A stretch of 56,410 bases of DNA from a virus. Lineage: Duplodnaviria; Caudoviricetes. Of this stretch, positions 10,567 to 20,375 are shown in pieces. The stretch is from positions 1-56,410 of the IMG/VR virus record IMGVR_UViG_3300022592_000005, one strand, 5' to 3'. Positions within the stretch are counted from its first letter, which is position 1; each line of letters opens with the position of its first letter. The position numbers and the translations under genes were made by a program. Below the pieces are notes generated by a model that was given only the letters and a program-made list of their open reading frames with translations, was not told the origin of the DNA and searched no databases.

Positions 10567-10998
10567 ATGAAAATTGATGATACATTATCTGAGGTCTTTG
10601 ATATTCCTAAAATAGAAAAGATTGCAGTTGAAGGTGAGACTATTGATTCTGAGACTGGTGAAATAATCCAGTCTCCAGAACAAAAGATTGAATCAGATTA
10701 CGATACTTCTCGTAATAACCTTCGTGAACTTTTAACTACTGGGCAGAATGCTTTGATGCATGCGCTTGAAGTAGCAAAACAATCTGAACATCCACGTGCC
10801 TTTGAGGTTGTGGGTAATCTTATGAAACAACTTGCCGATGTTAACCAGCAACTAATGGATCTGCACCAACAGAAGCAGAAATTAGATGAGCCAGGTAAAA
10901 AAGAGGCAGCGAAGTCGGTGACGAACAATAATGCCATATTTGTTGGCAGTACTTCTGAACTGGCGAAAATGATACAGAATATGAACAAGGGGGAATAA
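10567..10998 (+). CDS. gp16: Terminase small subunit gp16 (cyanophage-like type)
   Basis: DY..SR.NL, A..SEHPRAFEV, NNNAIFVGST.EL motifs. Confidence 0.85.
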   Translation: MKIDDTLSEVFDIPKIEKIAVEGETIDSETGEIIQSPEQKIESDYDTSRNNLRELLTTGQNALMHALEVAKQSEHPRAFEVVGNLMKQLADVNQQLMDLHQQKQKLDEPGKKEAAKSVTNNNAIFVGSTSELAKMIQNMNKGE

Positions 10999-11002
10999 TA
11001 TT

Positions 11003-11713
11003 ATGTCTTTACCATTACAAAGTACACCGATCTATAAGATGACAATTCCGTCAACGGATAAAGTCGTTAGTTTTAGACCATTTTTAGTTAAAGAAGAAAA
11101 AGCACTTCTACTATCTCAACAGAGTGAAGACATTGATGTTATGATCTCAACTCTAACAGATATTATTGGTAACTGTGTCAAAGAAAAGATTGATGTTGAA
11201 TCTCTTGCAATATTTGACATCGAATATATGTTCACGCAAATTCGTGCTAAGTCAGTTGGTGAAGTTGTTCCATTGATTTTCACATGTGCACATTGCAAAG
11301 AAGAAAACAATAAAGTTAAGTTGGACATTGACTTAACTGGTATTCCGTTAGTCAAAGATCCTAACCATTCAAAGAAGATTTCTCTTTTTGATAATGTTGG
11401 GGTTATTATGAAATACCCAAACCTTGATACTCTTAAAAAGTCTGAAGGTAAAACAGAAGATATCGATGCTATTATTGAAGTAGTTATTGATTGTATTGAA
11501 TCAATCTACACAGATGATCAAATCTTCCATGCTAAAGATCAAACTCGTGAAGAATTAAATGAGTTTGTGATGAATCTAACAAAAGAACAATTCGACAAAT
11601 TAGAAAACTTCTTTGTGACTGTTCCAAGATTCAAGCAAGAGATTGAGTATGACTGCCCAGCATGTGGCGCACATAATAAAACAGTGTTGGAGGGACCAGC
11701 AAGTTTTTTTTGA
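11003..11713 (+). CDS. gp26: Baseplate hub assembly protein gp26
   Basis: LP...P.Y...IPST, FRPFLVKEEK.LL, IRAKSVGE, CxxC pairs, LEG..SFF. Confidence 0.88.
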   Translation: MSLPLQSTPIYKMTIPSTDKVVSFRPFLVKEEKALLLSQQSEDIDVMISTLTDIIGNCVKEKIDVESLAIFDIEYMFTQIRAKSVGEVVPLIFTCAHCKEENNKVKLDIDLTGIPLVKDPNHSKKISLFDNVGVIMKYPNLDTLKKSEGKTEDIDAIIEVVIDCIESIYTDDQIFHAKDQTREELNEFVMNLTKEQFDKLENFFVTVPRFKQEIEYDCPACGAHNKTVLEGPASFF

Positions 11714-11892
11714 TTAATCTCGGACATGAGTCTTTAAATAATTATTATAAGACTAACTTTGCTTTAATGCAGTATCACAAATACTCCTTGGCCGAGATTG
11801 AAAATATGATTCCGTACGAAAGAGAAATTTATGTGGCAATGCTGGTTCAATACCTAGAAGAAGAAAAACAAAGAATAGAGAGAAACCAATAA
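11710..11892 (+). CDS. gp51: Baseplate hub assembly catalyst gp51-like
   Basis: YYKTNFALMQYHKYSL.EIENM.PYEREIY motif; no obvious own ATG/RBS at the 5' end. Confidence 0.82.
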   Translation: MINLGHESLNNYYKTNFALMQYHKYSLAEIENMIPYEREIYVAMLVQYLEEEKQRIERNQ

Positions 11893-11893
11893 A

Positions 11894-13705
11894 ATGGCAG
11901 CTTCAGCAAACGTAGTTAGTTTAAGCGACTTCAAGAAAGTCGTAATTGTCGATCAGGTTAAAGCACTTGAGGCAGTTAAAGAAAAATCTGAAAGGGTTGA
12001 AGCTGCACAACAGTCTAAAATCCAAGACGAACAAAAGAAAACTAACGATGTTCTTGTTGAAAACATCAAAGATCTCTCTAAAGCAATCAAAGAAAATGTT
12101 AGAATCGCTATTCAGAATGGTCTTGGTCAAAAGGTTGGTTCTGGTTTAGTTGAAAAAGAAAAGAATTTAGAAACTGGCAACAGAGGTTCTTTGAGAAAAT
12201 TCTTAATCGGCGATGTTAAAGGTGCCGAAGAAGTTAAAAAGAAAAGCTGGATGCAAAAGATTGAAGACGTATCTGGTGGTAGACTGAAGGTTGGTAAGTA
12301 CAGTCTAACAGGAATGATTGATAGACGTCTGACTCAGCGTGAAGAAAAACAAGCAACTGAAGCTGAGAAAAAAGAATACGTTAAAAATGCAATGGCATTT
12401 GACTTTGCTAATAAAAAGAACAAGGGTGAAACTGGTGGAGTTGCCAATCTTAAGAACTTAAATCCAGAAGCTGCAAAGAAAAAAGCAGAAGAAGAATTTG
12501 ATAAGATTAAAGCGCAACAGAAAGAAGTTACCAAGGTTCAGAAAGAAGTTGATGCAGCTAAGGCATCTGGCTTTGGTCCATCAAAGGCACTTCTCGCCAG
12601 AAGAGATGCTGCTTCTGCTCAACTGGCAGAAATTGACCCAAGACTTAGAAGAAATCTCGTTGAGCCAGCTAAAGCCGATAAAGTTACAGCTGTTCAACCA
12701 GAAGCTGCGAACTCATCGACATTCTTCTCTAAATCTTCTGAAGAAAAAGAAGAAGGTGACGCAGAGCGTAAGAAATATGAAGCTGACTCCGTGACAGCTG
12801 AAACTTCCATGGGTGCTACACTAATAGCATCTCTTGAAGTTCAAAAGCAAATGCTAGAGGCATTTAAAGCTGGAGGAACTGGTGGAGGAGCATCATCTGG
12901 TGGTGGAATGTTAGATACTATCGGAGATCTCGCAAGTAATGTTGGTAAACGTGGTCTTGGTATGGCAAGTAAAGCAGCTGGATTCATCGGAAAACATGCT
13001 GGTAAGTTAGGTGCTATTGGTGGTATCGCCATGGGTACTTATGATGCATATACTGGATGGAATCAGGCTAACGAAGATATCGCTTCTGGTAAAATCACTG
13101 AAGATGAAGGTGATGTTAAGAAGGGCGAAGCAGTTGGTGGTGGTGTAGGTGGTGCCGCAGGAGCATGGGGTGGTGCTGCGGCAGGTGCAGCTATCGGTTC
13201 TGTAGTTCCAATCGTTGGTACTGCTGTTGGTGGTATTGTTGGTGGCGCACTTGGATATATGGGTGGTTCTGCCATCGGTTCAAAGGTAGGTGGTGCTTTA
13301 ACTGAAGGATACCAAGGTGTCAAGAGTTTCTTGGGTTTTGGTGGCGATAAAGATAAACAAGTATCAGCTACTCAAGAAAACATCAGTGCCAAGTGGAATG
13401 ATGGTAAACCAACAATCAATGGTAAAGAAGTAAGCCAAGAAGAATATTATAAAACGATTGGAACTGAAGACAGTCCAGTTAGAGTTGAGCCAGTTAAATC
13501 AAATGCTGGTGAAATCGTTTCTTCAAAATCAGCGGACTCAGCTGAAGCAAGAGATAATATGGCAAAGTCTTCTAACAATGTAGTTAATGCACCAACTACA
13601 ACTATTAGTAATTCAAACAGTCAAAACAATACGATTCGTTCTCCTATTCGACATGAAGAAGGAAGTCTGAATAGGTATGTGACGCAGCGATACGCTCCGT
13701 TCTAA
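11894..13705 (+). CDS. Tape-measure / baseplate hub gp29-like protein
   Basis: Coiled-coil N-terminus, Gly/Ala-rich hydrophobic segment, NVVNAP C-terminus; follows gp26/gp51. Confidence 0.65.
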   Translation: MAASANVVSLSDFKKVVIVDQVKALEAVKEKSERVEAAQQSKIQDEQKKTNDVLVENIKDLSKAIKENVRIAIQNGLGQKVGSGLVEKEKNLETGNRGSLRKFLIGDVKGAEEVKKKSWMQKIEDVSGGRLKVGKYSLTGMIDRRLTQREEKQATEAEKKEYVKNAMAFDFANKKNKGETGGVANLKNLNPEAAKKKAEEEFDKIKAQQKEVTKVQKEVDAAKASGFGPSKALLARRDAASAQLAEIDPRLRRNLVEPAKADKVTAVQPEAANSSTFFSKSSEEKEEGDAERKKYEADSVTAETSMGATLIASLEVQKQMLEAFKAGGTGGGASSGGGMLDTIGDLASNVGKRGLGMASKAAGFIGKHAGKLGAIGGIAMGTYDAYTGWNQANEDIASGKITEDEGDVKKGEAVGGGVGGAAGAWGGAAAGAAIGSVVPIVGTAVGGIVGGALGYMGGSAIGSKVGGALTEGYQGVKSFLGFGGDKDKQVSATQENISAKWNDGKPTINGKEVSQEEYYKTIGTEDSPVRVEPVKSNAGEIVSSKSADSAEARDNMAKSSNNVVNAPTTTISNSNSQNNTIRSPIRHEEGSLNRYVTQRYAPF

Positions 13706-13709
13706 AATG

Positions 13710-13740
13710 AAAAAAGCCAGCGTAAGCTGGCTTTCTTTTT
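13710..13740. terminator. Bidirectional intrinsic terminator
   Basis: AAAAAAGCCAGC-GTAA-GCTGGCTTTCTTTT between convergent genes. Confidence 0.88.
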
Positions 13741-13752
13741 GGTTGCTAAGAA

Positions 13753-14676
13753 TTATTCTTCTTGAGCGATCTTCTGGAAATAAGACATCACATCTTCGTC
13801 GTCATCTTCCATTGGAGCTGGCTTACTTGCTTTTGGTGTAAAAGCAGGTGCCGATGCCATCTCTGGAGCACGAGCAACTGGACGATCTTCTTGTTCAGAA
13901 ATTTCTGCAGCAGACTTAGCTGAGAAACTGTCACCAGAAAGAACTTCTTCAAGTTTCTTCTTCAACTCATCATAAGATTTGAAATTCTTACGATCTGTAA
14001 ACTCAGACAATTTGTACTGGCTATTTACGATAGCAAGCAATTTATCCTCATCTTCAGTGATAGGTGCTGGATCCATAAAAGTGGATTCGTCGTAGTTTGT
14101 GTAACCATCCTTCTTACGCATACGCAGTTTGAAGTTGGCACCTTCCCACAAGTCAAACACGTTGACTGGCTTCTCATCTTCATAAGTTGGACGAGCTTTG
14201 TCCATAATCTTATCAAAGATCTTCTTACCAAACTTAAACAAGAATACCTTGCCTTCGTTTTCTGGGTGCTTAGGATCAGCAACAACCAAGACGTTCGCAG
14301 TGAAACTCAACTTACGTTTTTGCTTACGAGCGATTTCTTTGTTTGCTTCAGAACCAGAGTTCCATAGTTTGGTGTTCAATTCACCTACTGGGTCATTTTC
14401 ACCAAGAGTAGTTAAACTATTCTCGATATACCACTTACCAGTTGGACCTTGGAAACCATGTGAGAAAATTCGAACCCATGGCAACTCATCACCTTCTACA
14501 CGTGGTAGAAAACGAAGTGTGGCTGTGCCGTTACCTGCTTTGTCGCCTTCTAGTTTCCAGAAGCGATCGTCAGTGTAAGACTTAGATTCGGTTTGGGGAT
14601 TTGCAATTTTGTCGAACTCTTGGGCGATTTTGCCAAAGTCAGAATTGCGCATTTTGCGGAGTGCTTGAATATCCAT
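13753..14676 (-). CDS. gp32: Single-stranded DNA-binding protein gp32
   Basis: DDRFWK..DKAGNG.A.LRFLP, HGFQGPTG.WYIEN, acidic C-terminal tail. Confidence 0.97.
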   Translation of the reverse strand: MDIQALRKMRNSDFGKIAQEFDKIANPQTESKSYTDDRFWKLEGDKAGNGTATLRFLPRVEGDELPWVRIFSHGFQGPTGKWYIENSLTTLGENDPVGELNTKLWNSGSEANKEIARKQKRKLSFTANVLVVADPKHPENEGKVFLFKFGKKIFDKIMDKARPTYEDEKPVNVFDLWEGANFKLRMRKKDGYTNYDESTFMDPAPITEDEDKLLAIVNSQYKLSEFTDRKNFKSYDELKKKLEEVLSGDSFSAKSAAEISEQEDRPVARAPEMASAPAFTPKASKPAPMEDDDEDVMSYFQKIAQEE

Positions 14677-14700
14677 CGTATTTCCTTTGTATTAAAAGTA

Positions 14701-14913
14701 TTAATTAGTATCTTTAGTATGTGTTATAAAAATCTCATCACGAATTTCGAAATCGTCCTCGAAAGGATCGTCATAATCTTCTTCAACATAACTATTTAGC
14801 GTTTTCATACCGCCACTTTTTCTATTGCTAGAATGTTTGGCGTGCTTTCCAGAACGCTGACTGGTTTGCTCGTCTTCGAATCGTTTCTGATTCTTATGAA
14901 ATGTCTTACCCAT
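14701..14913 (-). CDS. Small hypothetical protein upstream of gp32
   Basis: ATG (MGKTF) directly after the gp59 stop; basic N-terminus, acidic C-terminus. Confidence 0.6.
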   Translation of the reverse strand: MGKTFHKNQKRFEDEQTSQRSGKHAKHSSNRKSGGMKTLNSYVEEDYDDPFEDDFEIRDEIFITHTKDTN

Positions 14914-14914
14914 C

Positions 14915-15529
14915 TTACAACTCTTGTATATCCAGTTTAAATTGATTGTATACTTTAGCGATTTTATCTGCGTCGTATTTAACAAATCCCTTTGCCTTTT
15001 CTACTCTGCGTACTTCATTTTCCCAAAGTAAAAGCATTGAAGAATTATCTTTCCAATTTACTAACATATTTTCATAATCATCAATGATTCTGATTGTTTC
15101 AAGACCTATCTGTTTTCCAAGGTATAGATTAAGTATACTCGGATATTGATTGGATGTAAAATTTAAAATAGAGTCTGCTTTAAGTTTTTTCTTGTAAGCA
15201 TCCATTAAAATTCTTGACAAATCGTCGGAAAACACTTTTGTGATTGACTGTTTTCTTCTGTTCCACTCAAATAGGTATTGTTCCGCTTCTTCATATGTAT
15301 ACACAACTGCATCGTTTCCGTATGCAAAGTTTGCAACAAAGAATTGGATTAACTCTTTATCAACTGGATATTTCCGTGCAAGTTTCTCAAAAATGTATCT
15401 ATCGTTTCTCGCATTAAATGCTTCACGTGTTCCCTTAACATTTCCACGATTTTTGAAAACATCAAATGAATCTTTTGTGAAGTGTAATTTAATTGCGATA
15501 TAATACTTATACGCTTTAAAACCGTCCAT
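14915..15529 (-). CDS. gp59: Helicase loader gp59
   Basis: GF.AYK.Y.AIKLHF...FD, F..R.D.Y.FEKL motifs; synteny with gp32/gp33. Confidence 0.88.
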   Translation of the reverse strand: MDGFKAYKYYIAIKLHFTKDSFDVFKNRGNVKGTREAFNARNDRYIFEKLARKYPVDKELIQFFVANFAYGNDAVVYTYEEAEQYLFEWNRRKQSITKVFSDDLSRILMDAYKKKLKADSILNFTSNQYPSILNLYLGKQIGLETIRIIDDYENMLVNWKDNSSMLLLWENEVRRVEKAKGFVKYDADKIAKVYNQFKLDIQEL

Positions 15530-15690
15530 GTTCTAATCTCAACTTCCTACATGCTTCTTTCACTTGGATAGGATAATCAGGACTTATCTCTGATAACCTA
15601 CAATCATACACTACAGTTCTATGTGTTGGCATTAGGGAAAATACAAGTGCCCAGAATGCGATAACAAAAACAACTGCAACGAATGCTGCT

Positions 15691-15906
15691 TTATACATCT
15701 AACTTTGCTGTCTTAGGAAGAAAATTCATATCTTGAAAATCTAACTCAATTTTATCCTTGAGGGATTTATTGATTAGTTTAGCGACGTCCTGTGGCTCAA
15801 GAAAATTCTCTTTACAGTATTCTAATACTGCATCCATATGAGTCATTCTCTTTTCCTGAACCAGCTGTTCAATGTAAAGCGAAAATTCGTTTGCGTTTTT
15901 AAACAT
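15691..15906 (-). CDS. gp33: Late transcription coactivator gp33
   Basis: FS..IE.LV....MDAVL.YC....LI.K.LK.KI....NFLPK motif. Confidence 0.88.
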   Translation of the reverse strand: MFKNANEFSLYIEQLVQEKRMTHMDAVLEYCKENFLEPQDVAKLINKSLKDKIELDFQDMNFLPKTAKLDV

Positions 15907-16168
15907 GTTTAAGTTTGTTTGTATAATATTGTGCTGCTTTAATTGTTCGATCAAGTTCACTGTATTCTTTTAGTTTCTTTTTGTAGAGATCCCAGATAGG
16001 GGTGTTTGGAGTTTCTGAATCCATTTTGCGTTCAAATTTATCCAGATACATGCTGAAAAATTTATCCATCTTCATCTTCTCTGCGATGAGGTTTGAATAA
16101 ATCGTTTGAAGACCTACTCGGTCATAGTTTGATGCTGCTGAAACAATTTGGTTATACGCTGAGTTCAT
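15899..16168 (-). CDS. Hypothetical protein
   Basis: 89 aa ORF immediately after a sigma70-like promoter. Confidence 0.6.
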   Translation of the reverse strand: MNSAYNQIVSAASNYDRVGLQTIYSNLIAEKMKMDKFFSMYLDKFERKMDSETPNTPIWDLYKKKLKEYSELDRTIKAAQYYTNKLKHV

Positions 16169-16358
16169 AATAAAATTATACCTTATTTGTTATTGCATGA
16201 CAAGTTAATTAAACTGCCACCATAGAATGCAACGTCCATGATGAGCGATTCGTTATGTGATTGCAAACTTTCAATTTCCTTCTTGGCTTCATAGAGTTGT
16301 TTTTGTAACAATTCTATTTGACCTTCTTTCTCACTACACTTAACACAAAATTCAGACA

Positions 16359-16715
16359 TCAGTTTCTCCTCATAGTTGCAATGGCAACAGCTTCTTCATC
16401 ACTAAAAATTGGAACTGCGTTACTTTTGTGCATAGTGCCAATACCTTTAACCTTAGTTCCAGTATAAACTGGATTGGACTTCTTGAGGCATGGATCCCCA
16501 GTAAAAGGTAAACTCGGAATCTTAGGTGTCTCACGACAAGCAGGTTTTCCAAGTGAGTATGTAAATCCATCATCCTTGCTTTTGAGCACAGGTTTCTTTG
16601 GTTCATACTTCTTCAACAATTCTGCCCAAGATGCGGACAACTCCCGTTGTTTAGCCGTTGGCTTACGCTTCTTCCTCTTTGAGCCAGTGTCGCGAACGCG
16701 AAGAATCACAGTCAT
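16359..16715 (-). CDS. Basic hypothetical protein of T4-like phages
   Basis: YTG...GIGTMHKSNAVP.F...A..IA.MRR C-terminal motif. Confidence 0.7.
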   Translation of the reverse strand: MTVILRVRDTGSKRKKRKPTAKQRELSASWAELLKKYEPKKPVLKSKDDGFTYSLGKPACRETPKIPSLPFTGDPCLKKSNPVYTGTKVKGIGTMHKSNAVPIFSDEEAVAIATMRRN

Positions 16716-17215
16716 AATAAAATTATACCTTCAAATTGATTAAAAGTCAAGCATGCAGTTTTCAACTACAACTCAATTATACCCTTAATTTGAATAAAAG
16801 TCAAGCATTATTTTCTACTAGATGCATAAACAGCGCACATAACCTCTCCACTACGGTATGCACACTTAACTGCAACTGGGTCAATACCCTTTACAATGGC
16901 TGATTCAATGTTGGATTTCATTGCATTTAGCTCATTATACTTGTAAAAAGTGGTGCAACTTATTGCAGTAATTGCAACAATAACCCCACCGATGATAAAT
17001 GCAAGTGAATCTCTCTGTGTTTCATTACTCATATCAGTCTCCTTAATTACCACGATCCATCGTCAATAACAATACGTACCCAAACTGGACCAAACGAAAT
17101 GTACGAACCATACATATTTGGGTTTAGGTCATCTGGGTGCAGCCATTCGAAGTCTAACTTCCAGTGAAATGGATTGATTGCAAAACCAACCCAAATTCCC
17201 GAGTATTTTAAATAA

Positions 17216-17773
17216 TTACTTAAGGTCTTTAACATCATCGCATAGTCCAAGTTTCTTTGCTTCGAGAGCAGAGAGCCATACGTCTTGTGGTGGCAGCAGA
17301 ACGTCTCGAATTTTATCTTCCGTTAATCCAGTGCATTTCTTGTAATGTGCAATCATGCGCTTCGTCGTTAGATCAAATTCTTTAATCTGTGCGAATAACT
17401 CGTGCTCTTTACCGAATGCTCCCCATGAATACTGATGCGATAAAATTGAAGTATTCGGAGTAAGAAGACGTTGTCCCTTATCACCAGAAATAAAAATCAA
17501 TAATCCAGCTGAAGCAATTTGACCAAGTCCGATTGTTCGAATTGGGACAGCTGAACCACGCATCACATCAACTAATGCAAAAGCTGCATTAAGATCGCCA
17601 CCAGGAGAATTGATCAAGAGATTCAACATACTTGGTCGTTCTTCTGAGAAATTGGCGTCTAATATCCACTCAATTGCCTGTTTGCATGAAGTCAGATTGA
17701 CTTCTTCCATTAAAAGAAAAAACGAATGTTTCGTTTGATCTTCCTTCAATTGAAGGTTTAGTTTTTGCATCAT
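17216..17773 (-). CDS. clpP: ClpP-family protease
   Basis: INSPGG, G.IASAG (catalytic Ser), HQ, D.WLSA.EA..LGL.D. Confidence 0.85.
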   Translation of the reverse strand: MMQKLNLQLKEDQTKHSFFLLMEEVNLTSCKQAIEWILDANFSEERPSMLNLLINSPGGDLNAAFALVDVMRGSAVPIRTIGLGQIASAGLLIFISGDKGQRLLTPNTSILSHQYSWGAFGKEHELFAQIKEFDLTTKRMIAHYKKCTGLTEDKIRDVLLPPQDVWLSALEAKKLGLCDDVKDLK

Positions 17774-18290
17774 TTAAATTCCCACCTTTATAAAAAATAT
17801 GTCTACCAATCTTCACAGTTTTACTTAGTTTCCATCCAGGATTGATATAATCAGCATGATAATATAGCGCACCTTTTGTTACATCTATCATATGTTCATA
17901 GTTAGCGTACACGAGTAAAGCGACACGCAGTGCTTCTTGGTATGCGTCGCTCTCTCTTTTATGTGTCACTGGCACACATACCCATGAGAATTGGCATGTA
18001 TGGTTTATCTTTTGTTTAACGACACCGCAGATATCTTTACCGAATCTATCAACTTGTGTCCTGTTCATTGTTACCATCGCTACGGCAATTTTGCCTTTCT
18101 CGGGTTCATACCCAGCTTCGTGGTAAATGTTGTCGGCTAGACAACTAACTTCTTTTCTTGCATCATCAGTTAAATCAGTCAATCCTATTTCAATTGGTGT
18201 ACCTTCTGCTCTGGATTGATAGGCAGTTAAAATTCCTGTTAATAATATTATTGTTGTTACAGTAATTAGTATAGGTTTAATTATACGCAT
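17670..18290 (-). CDS. Cell wall hydrolase, SleB/Hydrolase_2 family
   Basis: CLA.NIYHEA..E...GK.AVA.V..NR, CQFSW, GALYYHADY, IG.HIFY. Confidence 0.9.
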   Translation of the reverse strand: MRIIKPILITVTTIILLTGILTAYQSRAEGTPIEIGLTDLTDDARKEVSCLADNIYHEAGYEPEKGKIAVAMVTMNRTQVDRFGKDICGVVKQKINHTCQFSWVCVPVTHKRESDAYQEALRVALLVYANYEHMIDVTKGALYYHADYINPGWKLSKTVKIGRHIFYKGGNLNDAKTKPSIEGRSNETFVFSFNGRSQSDFMQTGN

Positions 18291-18340
18291 ACGTTCTCCT
18301 TAATTAGTTAAGGGGTGTGCTAACACACCCCAATCCCATA

Positions 18341-18613
18341 TCAGGTGGACTTTTTGCTAGTCTTTGTATCTAGAGGGATGTTCGAAACGAAACCATTTAA
18401 AGCTGCCGCTTTTGCAATGATATCATTTTCTGATGGGATAGCAGGGAATCCTGGATGATCAGGAATCGTGCCTCCATTGAGTTTAGCAGATTCGACTTTC
18501 ATATGCCAGTCGTTGCTAATTTGTTCACGCTTACCGAAATATTCGTCGTTAAGCATGTCTTTCGCCATTTTTAAAAGTTCGAGGCGAATCTCGAAAGGTG
18601 TCATATTTGACAT
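18341..18613 (-). CDS. Hypothetical protein
   Basis: AGGAG RBS; PFEIRLELLKMAKDML motif. Confidence 0.7.
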   Translation of the reverse strand: MSNMTPFEIRLELLKMAKDMLNDEYFGKREQISNDWHMKVESAKLNGGTIPDHPGFPAIPSENDIIAKAAALNGFVSNIPLDTKTSKKST

Positions 18614-18679
18614 AGTTTTACTCCTAGTGATGTGTGTGAAATGGAAGTTTTTAAGGGTTCTTCCAACCCTCGTGTAATA

Positions 18680-18880
18680 TTATTTAGCGTCTTTTGGAAC
18701 TGGCTTTTTCTTCGGAGTCGGTTTTGGCGACTTTGGAGCTGCAGGACAGTTACCTTTCTTGTCTTTAGTTACGCAATTCTGTTCAGCTTTCTTTGCTTCT
18801 GGTGCCTTTGGAGCATCTGCCGCAAATGATGCTGTAGCAAAAACTGCCATCGACATCAATACAATTAAACTCTTTTTCAT
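18680..18880 (-). CDS. Small secreted protein
   Basis: AAGGAG RBS, signal peptide ending ASFA, Cys pair. Confidence 0.65.
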   Translation of the reverse strand: MKKSLIVLMSMAVFATASFAADAPKAPEAKKAEQNCVTKDKKGNCPAAPKSPKPTPKKKPVPKDAK

Positions 18881-18896
18881 AGGATCTCCTTTAAAA

Positions 18897-19206
18897 TGGT
18901 GGGATATTGGTTAATAAGGAATCCCACCGAAACCCCAGCTTAGCTAGTTTTTAGGCTGCTAAAGCGTATGCGCTATCGTTTGCATTTACGTTTTTTGCTT
19001 GATTTACGGTCATCGCCTACCGTGCTGTCCACTCGTTTACTTGTTGCCCTGTCGAAACCATGGCATCCCCATCAAAAGAACTCTTTAGTAAAGTCTGAAG
19101 CACTATTTTGGCTGTCTCTTTACAGGATGAAGAATTCTTTTGGTGGAGATGGTGGGAGTCGAACCCACGTCCAGAACACTTTTCTCTTTGCTTCATACAG
19201 CAATTC
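18897..19206 (-). ncRNA. ssrA: Permuted (two-piece) tmRNA, tag (A)ANDSAYALAA
   Basis: GGACGTGGGTTCGACTCCCACCATCTCCACCA (CCA at 19141) precedes GGGGATGCCATGGTTTCGAC (starts 19070); tag ORF 18951-18983; outer ends approximate. Confidence 0.93.
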
Positions 19207-19410
19207 TTAATTCGTATGTAGTCTGAATCTTTCTAAAAACGCATCAACCAAACATTCATATGTTCGATCTTCAGCATGACTACCATACGAAATCCAAATA
19301 TCATTATCACGTTGTTCAATTCCACGAACGGTAAAGGTTTTGTAATTAGAACCCATCCATTCACTTCCTATCTTAATCATATTATACCCCATAAAATCTT
19401 GCACGTCAAT

Positions 19411-19716
19411 TTAATTAGATAAGTCTTGTATGAATTTATCTAATTGTGTAATATCAGCGCAGACGGAAACAAGTGGAATTTGTACTCCATCTGGTCCAAC
19501 CATATAACCCTGTTGAGCAACACCCAATCCAGATTTAGTCGCAGCTTTATAAAATTCGCTCTCTTCTAATGGAAGACGTTTTGGTTCTACTATTTTAAAT
19601 CGTTCACGAATAATAGAAGCAAGTGAGGGGTTACCCTGTTCGATTAACTTTGCGCATTCTTCTGCTGCAGATTTATGATCTTCATTAATATTATTATAAT
19701 CAAAAAGATATATCAT
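19411..19716 (-). CDS. Hypothetical protein
   Basis: 101 aa ORF with GAGGTG RBS. Confidence 0.6.
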   Translation of the reverse strand: MIYLFDYNNINEDHKSAAEECAKLIEQGNPSLASIIRERFKIVEPKRLPLEESEFYKAATKSGLGVAQQGYMVGPDGVQIPLVSVCADITQLDKFIQDLSN

Positions 19717-19724
19717 AGTTCACC

Positions 19725-20375
19725 TCAAATGTTAAATTTGTTTTTATAATCAAGTCGCAATTTTCTGAATCCACCGATCCAGTTATCACGTTTCTCTACA
19801 AACAATCTTGGAAAATCATTATCAACACCCATGATAATAACAAGTCTTCCTACTGGGATTCCTGTTCTTTCTTCGAACGCAACTGCATAAGCTGCTGTTT
19901 GCATGAAGTAGTTGTAAATATCATCCCTGTCTTTTGGTTTGCTTGAAGTTTTGAAATCAATGATTGACAGCTTTCCTTGAAAGTCAGCGATACAATCCAC
20001 AGTTCCAGCAACTTGGAGATAATCAGAATAGAGAGGATCTTCCAGAGCATGAATATTATTTATGTCATCGAGCCATTCTCGCATTGATCCAAACATTTCT
20101 GCATCACCAATATTTGGTTCACAAGGATTTCCGCGAAGGTAGTCTTCGCAGAGGGAGTGAATACGTGTTCCTCGTGCACTTGCTTTTGCTGATACTCTGT
20201 TTGCTTCTTCTTCCCCAACCCTGCGTCTCCACTGTGCGATTCCCGCTGCTGAGTGCAGTCCTGTGACTGTTGTAACGGAGGGATAGCGTTTACCCGAAGG
20301 TGTTGCGTATAAGCGACCTTCGGGAGTTGATATGCGTTCAAGTTTGGGAAAGTCATGATATATAAAATTTCGCAT
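19725..20375 (-). CDS. PD-(D/E)XK exonuclease (Cas4-like)
   Basis: R.Y.TP.G..YPSVTT, RGT..H, AG.VDCI..F.G.LSIIDFKTS, YF.Q..AYA. Confidence 0.9.
   Translation of the reverse strand: MRNFIYHDFPKLERISTPEGRLYATPSGKRYPSVTTVTGLHSAAGIAQWRRRVGEEEANRVSAKASARGTRIHSLCEDYLRGNPCEPNIGDAEMFGSMREWLDDINNIHALEDPLYSDYLQVAGTVDCIADFQGKLSIIDFKTSSKPKDRDDIYNYFMQTAAYAVAFEERTGIPVGRLVIIMGVDNDFPRLFVEKRDNWIGGFRKLRLDYKNKFNI

Noticed and set aside
18968-19210. 80-aa plus-strand ORF
   Set aside because: Antisense to the tmRNA
19725-20375. Cas4-like nuclease as a CRISPR component
   Set aside because: Standard stand-alone exonuclease next to phoH in T4-like phages
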